Source: Candidatus Parcubacteria bacterium
GTDB taxonomy: Bacteria > Patescibacteriota > Minisyncoccia > Phycocordibacterales > Zambryskibacteraceae
DNA length: 64,000 bases
Direction: 5' to 3'
Assembly (NCBI GenBank): GCA_019661895.1
Contig: JAIFWO010000001.1
Coordinates: forward strand, 1,181 to 65,180
Below, in pieces: positions 39,352-49,805 of this stretch (positions are counted from its first letter, which is position 1; each line of letters begins with the position of its first letter). The notes beneath the pieces are model-generated. The model did not search any database, was not told where the DNA came from, and saw nothing but the letters and a program-made list of their open reading frames with translations. Both the position numbers and the translations under genes were made by a program.

Positions 39352-40767
39352 CTACGGAATGGGTATTCTTGCTCCGAGGAATACCGCTGACTGCTTCGGC
39401 GGCGGGCATGCGTTGACCGCGCCGACACTCGAACATGCGTACGAACTCGACTTCGAGCCGCAATCTTTGCTGATGATGCAATACCCCGCAACAACCGCAC
39501 CGATCGCCCCACCTATCTTGATGGCCTTGCCCCATGGGAAGTTATCCTTCACATAGAGCGTATCGAAGTGCTGCCGCGTCTCGTAACGATCGTGGACCAC
39601 GACTGAATCACGCATTGTGACCGTGTCGTGGACAACCGTGGTGTCGTGCACAAGCACGGTATCCACTCGTCTGGTCGGTACGATCTTGGCAACCTGCCTT
39701 GAGGCAGTGTCCTTGGTTATTGGGATCCGTTGCTTAGAGGTTGGCCGCTTCTTGGTCGTATCCTGCTGGACCGACTGCTTGACGGCGTTGCCGACCTTCG
39801 CCACTTCGCCCGCGGCAGCAACTTCTGTCTTCGGCTTCGAAGACACGAGCTGTTGCAACTTCTTGACCGAGTCCCGCCACTTGGCATCACGCATACGTCC
39901 GAGGGAATCCTCATACCCAGACTGCGCAACAACAGCGGCTTTCTTGATCGAGTCGACATTCGCCGGCAGTCTCACCGTATCGACATTCGTGACTGTGTCA
40001 TGAATTTCGATAGGTTTAGACTTTACAGCAACGTATTGCGTGTCGACGCGCGCCGGCACTTTGCGTGCCTTAGCGAGTGAGTCAGCCCGAGCTGATGCTT
40101 TGCTTGCGACGAGTTGAACTGCATGCAAGCTTTCTTGCAACTTCTTCTGCGCTGCAGCAGCGTCTGCCAAGGCCTTTTTGAGCGGGCCTGAGTCAACAAC
40201 TGTAACGGTGAGCTGCGGAGTCGGCTTCGGTTCGAGTGCCTTACCAGGACTCATGCCCATGGTGATCAGCGCAGGAGTATCAACTAGCTTATGCTTCGCT
40301 GGATCGAAATCGCCTGCGAGATTCTTGAGCATCGGCTGGTTTGGTCGACTCGGTGTTGCGGATGCATTCGACTTCGGCTTCTCACTTGCACTTTTCGTAC
40401 TTGCGAGCGCCTTGGCCGGTGCCCTCTTCGGCGTATCGTGCATGAGTGAGAAGAGGCTGCACACCTTGCCTGTCTGGAAGAATACTCGAACAGTGTCCGG
40501 GCCGAGTTCGAAAGTAGTTCCGGATACCCAACCAGGCTTCACGTCTATTACATGTCTCAGATGACCGCGGGGGGGGAGCGGGTGAGGCTTGAGCGAGGCA
40601 TCCGGTGCGTCGTAAACGAGTACCGGATTGTTGCAAAGAGCCTTATCGGCCATGAGACTATCCAGCAGCTTCTGCCGGTCAGGTACCACCTTCTCTGGCG
40701 TCTTCACTTGAGCCCAAAGGCCCTGGAAGGCCGTAAAGAGGCCCAAAACTACCAACTTGAGTCGCAT
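39352..40767 (-). CDS. Secreted low-complexity protein with many D-(S/T)-x motifs and a C-terminal TM helix
   Basis: SD AAGGAG, signal peptide, Ala/Lys/Val-rich, VHDTTVVHDTV repeats. Confidence 0.75.
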   Translation of the reverse strand: MRLKLVVLGLFTAFQGLWAQVKTPEKVVPDRQKLLDSLMADKALCNNPVLVYDAPDASLKPHPLPPRGHLRHVIDVKPGWVSGTTFELGPDTVRVFFQTGKVCSLFSLMHDTPKRAPAKALASTKSASEKPKSNASATPSRPNQPMLKNLAGDFDPAKHKLVDTPALITMGMSPGKALEPKPTPQLTVTVVDSGPLKKALADAAAAQKKLQESLHAVQLVASKASARADSLAKARKVPARVDTQYVAVKSKPIEIHDTVTNVDTVRLPANVDSIKKAAVVAQSGYEDSLGRMRDAKWRDSVKKLQQLVSSKPKTEVAAAGEVAKVGNAVKQSVQQDTTKKRPTSKQRIPITKDTASRQVAKIVPTRRVDTVLVHDTTVVHDTVTMRDSVVVHDRYETRQHFDTLYVKDNFPWGKAIKIGGAIGAVVAGYCIISKDCGSKSSSYACSSVGAVNACPPPKQSAVFLGARIPIP

Positions 40768-40898
40768 GAGGAAGCTCCTTCGTGGAAGGTAAACGGTATA
40801 TTACGAAGATCACTCTGATAGGCACTGTATCACGCTCTTTCGCATTTGTAAAGAGCTCTGCACTATAGAGACGTACTGACGAGATAAGGCTTACTTTG

Positions 40899-40971
40899 TG
40901 CGCGATACAGGATTCGAACCTGTGACCCTCCCCACGTCAAGGGGATGCTCTACCAACTGAGCTAACCGCGC
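40899..40971 (-). tRNA. tRNA-Val(GAC)
   Basis: Reverse complement GCGCGGT...CCCC-TTGACGT-GGGG...GTTCGAATCC...ATCGCGCA. Confidence 0.95.
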
Positions 40972-41011
40972 GCAAGTGTTACTTTACACGAAATATAAAT
41001 TTTCCGAAAGT

Positions 41012-41449
41012 CTACTTATTGACCACCAAAGTCTTGGCCAAGATGTCGTGGAGACCTTGCTTCTTAGCAGTGAAGGCCACCATGAGGAAGCCGATGCCAA
41101 GGATAATACCGGAGAGAATCTTGCCGAAGTAGCGGCCAGTGGCTCGAGCAAAGTCGACGCGCGCGCCACTCAGATCAGTGACCTTAATACCAAGAGCCAT
41201 CTTACCAAGCGTGGCCTGATACTTCGAACTCTCAAGAAGAGAATAGTATAGCCAACCAAGAGCGATCTTCACCACTCCGGCACTGGCTCCAAAGCTGGCA
41301 TAAAACTTAGGTCCGTACACAGCGGGTCCATGCATCGGCCAACCTCCAAAGCCGAGTACAGACATGGCCGCACCCACGATCAATCCGTCTAAGATCACTG
41401 CCAAAACTCTCTTCCAAAATCCTGCATATACAACTGTGGTGGTGTCCAT
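41012..41449 (-). CDS. RDD family protein
   Basis: YAGFWKRVLAVILD, QATLGKMALGIKV, QGLHDILAKTLV. Confidence 0.93.
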   Translation of the reverse strand: MDTTTVVYAGFWKRVLAVILDGLIVGAAMSVLGFGGWPMHGPAVYGPKFYASFGASAGVVKIALGWLYYSLLESSKYQATLGKMALGIKVTDLSGARVDFARATGRYFGKILSGIILGIGFLMVAFTAKKQGLHDILAKTLVVNK

Positions 41450-41481
41450 GGTATTTAGATTATAAAATTATTATAGCACTG

Positions 41482-41568
41482 CGGAGGAGGAGAGATTCGA
41501 ACTCTCGAGACCCTTTCGAGCCTGCTGGTTTTCGAAACCAGTGCCTTCAACCACTCAGCCACTCCTCC
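41482..41568 (-). tRNA. tRNA-Ser(CGA)
   Basis: GGAGGAG/CTCCTCC acceptor, CTGGT-TTCGAAA-ACCAG anticodon arm, long variable arm. Confidence 0.95.
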
Positions 41569-41627
41569 GTATAAGCGCTCAAACTATAGCATTTTTGGCA
41601 TTAAATGCTAGTATTAGGCCGGTTTAA

Positions 41628-41699
41628 GGCCCTATCGTCTATCGGTTAGGACGAAAGCTTTTCAAGCTTTAAAGCCGGGTTCGACTCCCGGTAGGGTCA
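41628..41699 (+). tRNA. tRNA-Glu(TTC)
   Basis: GGCCCTA/TAGGGTC acceptor, AAAGC-TTTTCAA-GCTTT anticodon arm. Confidence 0.95.
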
Positions 41700-41702
41700 T
41701 GC

Positions 41703-42743
41703 GTGAAAATTCTTGCCATAGAAACAAGTTGCGACGAGACGGCAATTTGTATATTGGAGGCCACTGGCGAGTTGCCGGAACCTCATTTCAAAGTGCTTGG
41801 CAATTCCCTTCTTTCCCAGATCCATATCCACCAAGACTACGGCGGCGTTTACCCGATGCTGGCCAAGAGAGAACATATAAAGAATTTGCCCGTGCTCTTA
41901 GAGAAGATTTTAGAAGAAGCTGGTGGGATGGAAGGGGTAGATGTAATCGCCGTCACCGCTGGTCCTGGGCTCGAACCTGCTCTTTGGACTGGGATCGAAT
42001 TTGCTAAAGACTTGGGAGAGAAATGGAAGAAGCCCGTGTTACCAGTCAATCACATGCATGGACATATGTTCTCCTTCCTATTCGAGCCATCCGAGCTCGT
42101 CAAATTCCCGGCTCTTGCCCTCCTTGTCTCAGGCGGACACACGGAGATCGTCCTTATGAAGAGCTTCAAGGATTACGAGATCATAGGCAAGACACGCGAC
42201 GACGCCGTGGGCGAGGCCTTCGACAAAGTCGCCAGGCTCCTCGACCTCCCTTACCCTGGCGGTCCCAAGATCTCGGCCTTGGCAGACATGCATAGGCAAA
42301 AGGGTCTCGCTTCAGAGATTATCTTCCCAAGGCCGATGATCAATACCGACGACTTCGACTTCTCATACTCCGGGCTCAAGACCTCGGTACTCTACACTAT
42401 TAAAAAGCTTGGCGTGCTTAACGAAGAGAAAAAAGAGGAAATCGCTCACGCCTTCGAGGACGCGGCCATAGAGGTGCTGATAGAAAAGACGAAAAGGGCC
42501 TTAGACAAATTCGGTGCCTCAACTCTTATCGTCGGCGGCGGAGTCTCGGCCAATCGTTACCTCCAGGAGAGGCTTAGAGGGCTCGCTCTAGAGCTCGCTC
42601 TCGACTTGCGTTTACCTCCACCTGCACTCACCACAGACAACGCGATCATGATCGGTATCGGAGCGTATGTGGCCATACTCAATCACCCAAAGATTTTGGG
42701 CACAACACGAGAGATTACCGCACAAGGCAACCTCGGTATTTAA
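41703..42743 (+). CDS. tsaD: tRNA N6-threonylcarbamoyltransferase
   Basis: ILAIETSCDET, GPGL, VNHMHGH, VSGGHT, TRDDAVGEAFDK, TDNAIMIG. Confidence 0.97.
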   Translation: MKILAIETSCDETAICILEATGELPEPHFKVLGNSLLSQIHIHQDYGGVYPMLAKREHIKNLPVLLEKILEEAGGMEGVDVIAVTAGPGLEPALWTGIEFAKDLGEKWKKPVLPVNHMHGHMFSFLFEPSELVKFPALALLVSGGHTEIVLMKSFKDYEIIGKTRDDAVGEAFDKVARLLDLPYPGGPKISALADMHRQKGLASEIIFPRPMINTDDFDFSYSGLKTSVLYTIKKLGVLNEEKKEEIAHAFEDAAIEVLIEKTKRALDKFGASTLIVGGGVSANRYLQERLRGLALELALDLRLPPPALTTDNAIMIGIGAYVAILNHPKILGTTREITAQGNLGI

Positions 42744-45349
42744 TTATTTCTTCAGCTCGGTCTTCTCGATCTTCGTCTCAACTTTGGCAGGCTCTGTCTT
42801 AACTTCCGTTTTGGTCTCCTTGATGGCGTCTGGGGTAGTAGTGACAGTAGTGGTCTTAGTGATCGAGGCAGGAGGCATTGGTATAGCCGCACTTTTTACT
42901 GAGTACCAATTCTTTATAGCGCTTCTCTGCGGATAGAGAGCCATGGTTATAAGAGAGATCAGAAGAGCGAGGGCAAAAGGCAAGATAAGACACCACTCGC
43001 TTAAGGCCCAGGCAATGGCGATGGCCACCAAGAGGCCGAGAGCCACAGCAACCCACTTAGTGAAGAATCTCTTCTTAGTATTTTCTGGAAGGTCGCTGTA
43101 TAGGACATCCTCAAGGACACTTGCGAGGATATAAAGGACAACAAGGATGAGGAGGAGTTCCCAGAGGCACTGGAAGAAGTTACCAACACCCTTTGGCATT
43201 GAGAATATGGCTGCGGCGAGACCCCTGATATTTTGTCCTTTAGGAGTCGAGGTGGCCTCTCCTACTATCGGTGCCAGAGGGCCGGTACTCGTACCAGACC
43301 CAACCTCACCGCCGGAGGTACTGCCGCCATAGTAACCAGGAGGCAGCTCAGGATTGATGCCTTGGGCTCTGAGGCTCTCTATAAGAGCTTTGTAGGCCAC
43401 AATTTCTTGCTGTTGGGCATCATTTAGCGGATATATAGTCTGGCAGTAGATCTCGTTTATCTTCTTAAGGGTCAAAATATAGACATATCCGGTAGGCTGA
43501 GTAAGGCCCCAAGGAGTCAGGATATCGCTCTGGAATTTGACCTGGAAGGCGGAGACCGCATCAAACGTAGCCTGGTCAAAGACACCTGTAAGGGACACCG
43601 TGTCGTAGCCTTCGATATACTTCAAGAAGGATTGCAGGAGGTAGACTTGGTCTGGGTCATTCACAAAGTCGATGCGCATGTAGTCGTGGAGATACAGGCA
43701 GGCTGCAACTGGATTATGGCTTCCGCCAGTCGAACTGCCGCCCGAAGAGCTGCCGCTACTGCTGCCTCCCCCCCGCCCCCACCACCGCCACCTCCTCCTC
43801 CACCAGGTTGAGTAACGGTGATAACCAAGTTCGTATTTGTGGTACCGCAATTATTGGTAGCGGTGAGAGGGATAGTGTACGTGCCGGCAGTAGTGGGATT
43901 GCCGCTTATGGTGTTGGTACTTGAGGCGAAGCTGAATCCCTCAGGCAGGCTTGAGGTAGCTACGGTGTAGCTGTTAACCGTTGTGCTTGAGAAGGTAAAT
44001 ACATATGCGAAGTTTGCTCCACGCGTAGTGGACACTGATAGCGGACTTGTAAACTCAGGCAATGGGCACGAGCCGCCACCATTGTTCGGATTGGAGACGG
44101 TGATCACAAGGTTAGCTGGAGTATTACCACAATTGTTAGTAGCGGTAAGTGGAATGGTGAAGGTTCCCGCAGTGGTAGTAGTACCGCTTATAGTATTGGT
44201 ACTAGTGGAAAATGAGAGTCCAGCCGGAAGGCTTGAGGTAGCTACAATGAAGTTCGAGACCGTAGTGCTTGAGAAGGTGAAGGTGTAGGTAAAGGCCGAG
44301 CCGACGGTCGTCGAGGCCGCGAGCGAGCTTGTGAAGGCGGGCAATGGGCAGGAACCTCCGCCGGCGGGGATAACATTGACGGTCACAGAGTCGCTGGCTG
44401 TATCGGTACCGTTTGAACACTCAATAGTAATGACCTTAGAAGCATTATCGGCAGGATAATAATCGTGGCCAACACCTATCGGAGTACTCGATCCAGAAGT
44501 CTCAACACTCGAGTTTGCCGGAGAGGTTTGCTGGCAAGAGGTGGCATTTGAGGAGGTCCAGGTATATACGAAGGTATCGCCATGGGTAATGGTGACAGGA
44601 CCATCTGAACCATTAACCTTCACATCCACTATTGGAGTAGTAGTTGCAGGAGGAGTGGTCGTACCACCGCTTAGGTTGATAGTAACAGAGTCGGAAGCAG
44701 TATTTGATCCGTCGCTGCATTCAATAGTAATGATGATCGGGCTCGTTGCAGACGGATAGAAGGTCGTATTGCCCGATCCAATCTCTGGACTTACACCGGA
44801 AGTCTCAATACTAGAATTTTCTGGTGAAGTTTGCTGGCAAGTAGTAGCAAAGGATGAAGTCCAACTGTATGTGTAGGTGCCACCTTGGTTTAAAGTGACA
44901 GGACCATCGGAGCCATTTGCCTTGACGTCTATCAAAACAGCGTTGGTCGGAGGAGGGGTCACTGTCACCGAAGCAAGACTTATAGTTACAGAGTCACTTG
45001 CGGTGTTTACTCCATCAGAACACTCGATGGTAATAACCGTTGGATTACCCTCAGTAGGATAGTAAGGATGATCTGAAGGCACAGGTCCATCTGATCCAGA
45101 AGTCACAACACTCGAGTTTGCCGGAGAGGTTTGCTGACAAGAGGTGGCATTTGAGGAGGTCCAGGAGTATGAAAATGATTCGCCAGAGTTAAGGATGACG
45201 GATCCATCAGAGCCATTGACCTTGAGGTCGACGGATATTGTGGTATCAGCCAGAGCAAGTAACGGCAAGTTACCCAAGACAAAGGTCATAAGGATGAAAA
45301 CCTTACCAATGCGGCCGACAAACTTGTGGCGCTGTATATATGCGTTCAT
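42744..45349 (-). pseudogene. Large surface protein (signal peptide, 3 Cys-paired Ig-like repeats, 2 putative Ig domains, Gly linker, PG-binding-like domain, 3 TM) frameshifted in a G7 tract
   Basis: ORFs 43661-45349 and 42744-43850 join at the poly-Gly linker; C7 run at 43768-43774 shifts the frame. Confidence 0.8.
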
Positions 45350-45630
45350 ATTTCAAACTCTACATTAAGTTATAAGACTGTCAACTGGTACCAAAACTTA
45401 CATGAATGCATAAAGTCCTTATTTATCAACATATTCTAAGACTTTGTCCTTTATAGCTAAAACGTCCTTGAAAGAAAGTGTGAGAAATTAAAAATATTCA
45501 ACCAATGTCTGACAAGATACGACGCTAAATATGATTTGCCAAAAATTCTTAAAAGTGGTGCTAGATTTGTCCTTTTAATATAAGCTTTATACATAAGCCT
45601 AAACTCAAGAATATGCTAAAATAGCCCTAA

Positions 45631-47727
45631 ATGGATGCGAAATTCTTAAAACCCTACTCCCCTGCCGAGACCGAAGGCCGGATCTATAAGCTCTGGGAGG
45701 AAAGCGGCCTCTTTAACCCAGACAAATGCATCGAGGATGGAGTGGCAGACGCTCACGCAGACACCTTCTCAGTTGTCCTGCCTCCTCCAAACGTCACTGG
45801 CACCCTCCACATGGGCAGCGCTCTTATGCTGGCTATCCAAGACACGCTGGTACGCTTCTCGCGTATGCGCGGCAAACGAACCCTTTGGATACCCGGCACA
45901 GACTCGGCCGCCATAGCGACCCAAGCCAAGGTGGAAAAGGACATCCAGAAGTCCGAGGGTAAGTCCCACCACAAACTTGGACGCGAAGAGCTTTTGAAAC
46001 GCATAGATACTTTCGTCGAGGAGAACAAGTCCACCATACTCTCACAGATTCGCGGCATGGGCGCCTCGGTCGATTGGAGCCGCTACGCGTACACCATGGA
46101 CGAGAGGCGCTACGATGCGGTGATGGAGGCCTTCATACGCATGTACGATGCCGGACTTATATACAGAGGCAGTAGGATCGTTAACTGGGACCCCAGAGGC
46201 CAGACGACGATCTCAGATGATGAGATCGTCTATGAGGAGGAGAAGGCGACTTTGTATTATCTCAGATACGGTCCCTTTACCATCACCACCGCTCGTCCAG
46301 AGACAAAGTTTGGCGATAAGTACGTGGTCATGCACCCTGACGATGAGAGATACAAGGATTTCAAGCACCAAGATACAATCGAGCTCGAATGGATCAATGG
46401 TCCGGTGAAGGCAACTGTCATTAAAGACGTCAACATCGACATGGCCTTTGGTACCGGGGTCATGACTATTACCCCCTGGCACGACCAGGTGGACTTCGAG
46501 ATGGCAGAAAGGCATGACCTCGACAAAGAGCAGATCATCGATCAGTTCGGCAAACTCTTGCCAGTAGCAGGAGAATTCTCCGGCATGAAGATCGCTGAAG
46601 CGCGCCCGAAGATAGTTGAGAAGATGCGAGCCAAGGGCCTGGTGGCCAAAGAGGAGCCTTATGTCCACAACATAGCCACAGCTGAACGAACTGGCGGCAG
46701 AATAGAGCCTCAGATAATGAAACAATGGTTCATAAACGTTAATAAGCCTGTCGCCACCCGCGGGAACAATACACTCAAAGAACTGATGCGCGAGCCGGTA
46801 GAGAAAGCGGCCATTGAGATTATCCCGGAATACTTAGACAAAACGTACTTCAATTGGATAGACAATTTGCGCGACTGGTGTATCTCGAGACAAATATGGT
46901 TTGGCCACAGGATACCTGTTTGGTACAAAGGTGAGGAAATATATTGCGGTAATGGAAAGCCTGTGGGAGAGGGCTGGGAGCAAGACTCGGACGTACTTGA
47001 TACGTGGTTTTCTTCGGCTTTATGGACCTTCTCCACCCTCGGCTGGCCAGAGGAGACAGCGGATCTTAAGACATATCATCCAACGGCTCTCCTTGAGACT
47101 GGTTATGACATCATCTTCTTTTGGGTGGCTCGCATGATCCTCATGAGTCAATTCCATCTTGGAGAGGTCCCCTTCCGCACTGTTTACTTGCACGGCCTGG
47201 TGCGTGACAAAGAGGGCAAGAAGATCTCAAAGTCGCTGGGCAATAACATCGACCCGCTCGATATGGGCTTGAAGTATGGCATGGACGCGGTCAGGTTCGC
47301 CCTCATAAGCGGCCAGGCTCCAGGGACCGACTCAAGGATCTCGGAGGATAAGATCAGAGGGTACAAAAACTTCGCGAACAAACTTTGGAATATCACCCGC
47401 TTTATACTTTCTCAGGAGAAAACAGGGGAACTTAAGCAAGAGTTGATCGATGAGCTTCAAGCCCTTATGCTAGACATAACGAAGGATATCGAAGAGTATC
47501 GCCTCCACCTGGCAGCCGAGAAGATCTACCACTACGTTTGGCACCGCTTGGCAGACGAGATCATCGAGGAAAGCAAGGGTAAGCCGGAGTATGGCGCGAC
47601 GCTCTACTATATCCTTGAGAATGTCTTGAAGCTCCTCCACCCCTTTATGCCATTTGTCACGGAAGAAATATGGCAAAGCATATATAATGAAGAGCGTATG
47701 CTTATGGTTAGCAAGTGGCCGATATGA
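45631..47727 (+). CDS. valS: Valine--tRNA ligase (lacks C-terminal coiled coil)
   Basis: PPPNVTGTLHMGS, DWCISRQIWFGHRIP, LDTWFSS, GYDIIFFWVARM, KISKS. Confidence 0.96.
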   Translation: MDAKFLKPYSPAETEGRIYKLWEESGLFNPDKCIEDGVADAHADTFSVVLPPPNVTGTLHMGSALMLAIQDTLVRFSRMRGKRTLWIPGTDSAAIATQAKVEKDIQKSEGKSHHKLGREELLKRIDTFVEENKSTILSQIRGMGASVDWSRYAYTMDERRYDAVMEAFIRMYDAGLIYRGSRIVNWDPRGQTTISDDEIVYEEEKATLYYLRYGPFTITTARPETKFGDKYVVMHPDDERYKDFKHQDTIELEWINGPVKATVIKDVNIDMAFGTGVMTITPWHDQVDFEMAERHDLDKEQIIDQFGKLLPVAGEFSGMKIAEARPKIVEKMRAKGLVAKEEPYVHNIATAERTGGRIEPQIMKQWFINVNKPVATRGNNTLKELMREPVEKAAIEIIPEYLDKTYFNWIDNLRDWCISRQIWFGHRIPVWYKGEEIYCGNGKPVGEGWEQDSDVLDTWFSSALWTFSTLGWPEETADLKTYHPTALLETGYDIIFFWVARMILMSQFHLGEVPFRTVYLHGLVRDKEGKKISKSLGNNIDPLDMGLKYGMDAVRFALISGQAPGTDSRISEDKIRGYKNFANKLWNITRFILSQEKTGELKQELIDELQALMLDITKDIEEYRLHLAAEKIYHYVWHRLADEIIEESKGKPEYGATLYYILENVLKLLHPFMPFVTEEIWQSIYNEERMLMVSKWPI

Positions 47728-48416
47728 GCTTCGAATTCTCCCCCATTATCTACGCCCTCCTCGGAGGCATCTTGCCCGCCTTCGTCTGGCTCCTCTTCTG
47801 GCTCGAGGAAGACAGAGACAATCCGGAACCCAACACCAAGCTCCTCGCCACCTTCCTCGCTGGCATGCTCGCGGTCATTGTGGTCTTACCCTTCCAAAAG
47901 GCTGTGGATAAGATCCTGCCTGGAGCTGGGCCCGTCGCCTTCCTCCTCTGGGCGGTGCTTGAAGAAGGGTTTAAATTTGCCGCCGCCTACTACGCCGGCC
48001 TCCGTGGAGCAGACGATGATGAGCCTCTAGACCCCATGATCTATATGATCACCGCGGCGCTCGGCTTCGCCGCGCTCGAAAACGCGCTCTTCCTTCTTAA
48101 CCCGCTCCTCCAGTCCGACATCACTGGCAGCCTTATTACGGGCAATTTGCGCTTTATTGGCTCGACCCTCCTCCACACCGTCTCCTCCGGTATCATTGGC
48201 ACTGCCCTCGATCTCACCTTCTACAAATCACGCGACGAGCGGGTAGCTTTGGGAGTCTTGGCATTTTTCCTCGCCATCTTTGCGCATACGGCCTTCAATC
48301 TATTTATCTTGAATGAATCCGGCTTTGGCACCTTCCTCACCTTCGCGACCGTCTGGGCCGGCATCACCGCTCTTATCCTCATGTTTGAAAAGGTTAAAAG
48401 TATGATGGTACAATAG
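47724..48416 (+). CDS. PrsW family glutamic-type intramembrane protease
   Basis: PEP, LEEGFK, GFAALEN, LLH, AHTAFN. Confidence 0.92.
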   Translation: MSFEFSPIIYALLGGILPAFVWLLFWLEEDRDNPEPNTKLLATFLAGMLAVIVVLPFQKAVDKILPGAGPVAFLLWAVLEEGFKFAAAYYAGLRGADDDEPLDPMIYMITAALGFAALENALFLLNPLLQSDITGSLITGNLRFIGSTLLHTVSSGIIGTALDLTFYKSRDERVALGVLAFFLAIFAHTAFNLFILNESGFGTFLTFATVWAGITALILMFEKVKSMMVQ

Positions 48417-48434
48417 AGAGGTACTTTATAATTT

Positions 48435-48899
48435 ATGGCACACGAAAAAAGATCCTTTTTTGAACGGTTGACCGGAGCAGTGCGGCTCGAGGATGAGACT
48501 CACTCTTACGCCCCCGAGCCTCAAGCCCAAGCGCCGATCCGCTCTCTGGCTAACAGCTTGTACGAGGAGGAGGATGCCCAACTGACTGTCGATGTCTACC
48601 AGACTCCGACCGAGATCGTCATTAAGACTATGGTGGCGGGAGTCAAGCCGGAAGACCTCGACGTCTCCATTACCCGCGACTCGGTCAGCATCCGCGGCAA
48701 GCGCCAAGAGGACAGGACCATCTCGAGCGAGGATTACTTCCATCACGAGCTTTATTGGGGCTCCTTCTCGCGTACGATCGTCCTGCCGGAGGAAGTCGAT
48801 GTCGATAACGCCGAGGCCATCGAGAAGTATGGCCTCCTCATCCTGCGCCTCCCCAAGATCGACAAGCACCGCCAGACCAAGCTCAAGGTTCGAGGTTAA
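48435..48899 (+). CDS. Hsp20/alpha-crystallin protein
   Basis: VDVYQT, AGVKPEDLDV, WGSFSRTIVLP, GLLILRLPK. Confidence 0.94.
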   Translation: MAHEKRSFFERLTGAVRLEDETHSYAPEPQAQAPIRSLANSLYEEEDAQLTVDVYQTPTEIVIKTMVAGVKPEDLDVSITRDSVSIRGKRQEDRTISSEDYFHHELYWGSFSRTIVLPEEVDVDNAEAIEKYGLLILRLPKIDKHRQTKLKVRG

Positions 48900-48931
48900 T
48901 TGAATAATTTAGACTTTCCCTTATACTAACG

Positions 48932-49174
48932 ATGAATCCAGACGAACGAGGCATGCTTGAGAGGGCGCTAAAGCTCTCTGAGGAGAACAACAAAATCCTT
49001 AGGAAGATGCAGCGAACCGCTCGATGGGCGGCGGTCTGGGGAGTCATTAAGTTTCTGGTGCTTATTATCCCTCTTATTGTCGGCTATCTATACCTGGAGC
49101 CGTACCTTAAGGGTCTTGAGCCATTATTTAAACAAGCTCAGACGGTATTTAGCGGAGAGACATTGCCGAGGTAG
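48932..49174 (+). CDS. Small membrane protein; stop overlaps tRNA-Phe
   Basis: EENNKILRKMQR followed by a TM helix. Confidence 0.7.
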   Translation: MNPDERGMLERALKLSEENNKILRKMQRTARWAAVWGVIKFLVLIIPLIVGYLYLEPYLKGLEPLFKQAQTVFSGETLPR

Positions 49175-49237
49175 CTCAGTTGGTAGAGCATTCCCCTGAA
49201 GAGGGAAGGGTCACCAGTTCGAATCTGGTCCTCGGCA
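49165..49237 (+). tRNA. tRNA-Phe(GAA) with G37
   Basis: GCCGAGG/CCTCGGC acceptor, TTCCC-CTGAAGA-GGGAA anticodon arm. Confidence 0.95.
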
Positions 49238-49288
49238 CATTGTTATAAAGAAAAGAGCCCGATCATCTGGGCTCTTGGTGAGGCTCGA

Positions 49289-49576
49289 CTAGCCTGTTTT
49301 ACGTCTAACGACGTGACGCCGATCGATCCCCTTTGGGATGTTCTCTTTTTGTTCCAGTTTTCGGCGCTCTTCCGATTCACGCATACTTATTTCGTCGACG
49401 ATACGATCTCGAACTTTCTCAGGAGAATCGTGCGGCCAGACTGGCACAGTAACACTATGGAACTGAACCAGTATAACCTCCTCCTCGTTTGTTGCATGCT
49501 CGCTTGCCACTTCGGCAAGCAACTTCGAGTCGACGGCGTTGGCACCTGCGACCAGTCTTGGAATTTTTGGCGACAT
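49289..49576 (-). CDS. Hypothetical protein
   Basis: SD GAGGAG before ATG 49576; shares the hairpin 49254-49278 with tRNA-Phe. Confidence 0.55.
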   Translation of the reverse strand: MSPKIPRLVAGANAVDSKLLAEVASEHATNEEEVILVQFHSVTVPVWPHDSPEKVRDRIVDEISMRESEERRKLEQKENIPKGIDRRHVVRRKTG

Positions 49577-49712
49577 TATAATCTCCTCGCGCTGAATGTG
49601 CTGCTCCTGCCACGACCGATACTGGCGTGAGGAGACTACGTCTAGCAAGTATTATAAATCACTCTAGAATAAAAAATCAAGTGTCAAGAAAAACTGTGGA
49701 TAACTCGATGGG

Positions 49713-49784
49713 TGCTCTCGATAGGAATCGAACCTACATCTCATCCTTAGGACGGATTTGCTCTATCCATTGAGCTACGAGAGC
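49713..49784 (-). tRNA. tRNA-Arg(CCT)
   Basis: GCTCTCG/CGAGAGC acceptor, ATCC-GTCCTAA-GGAT anticodon arm. Confidence 0.94.
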
Positions 49785-49805
49785 GATTTTAGGCTGCGAG
49801 GGCCT

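Noticed and set aside
49695-49703. oriC suggested by a DnaA box (TGTGGATAA)
   Set aside because: Only a single box, with no cluster or dnaA nearby.
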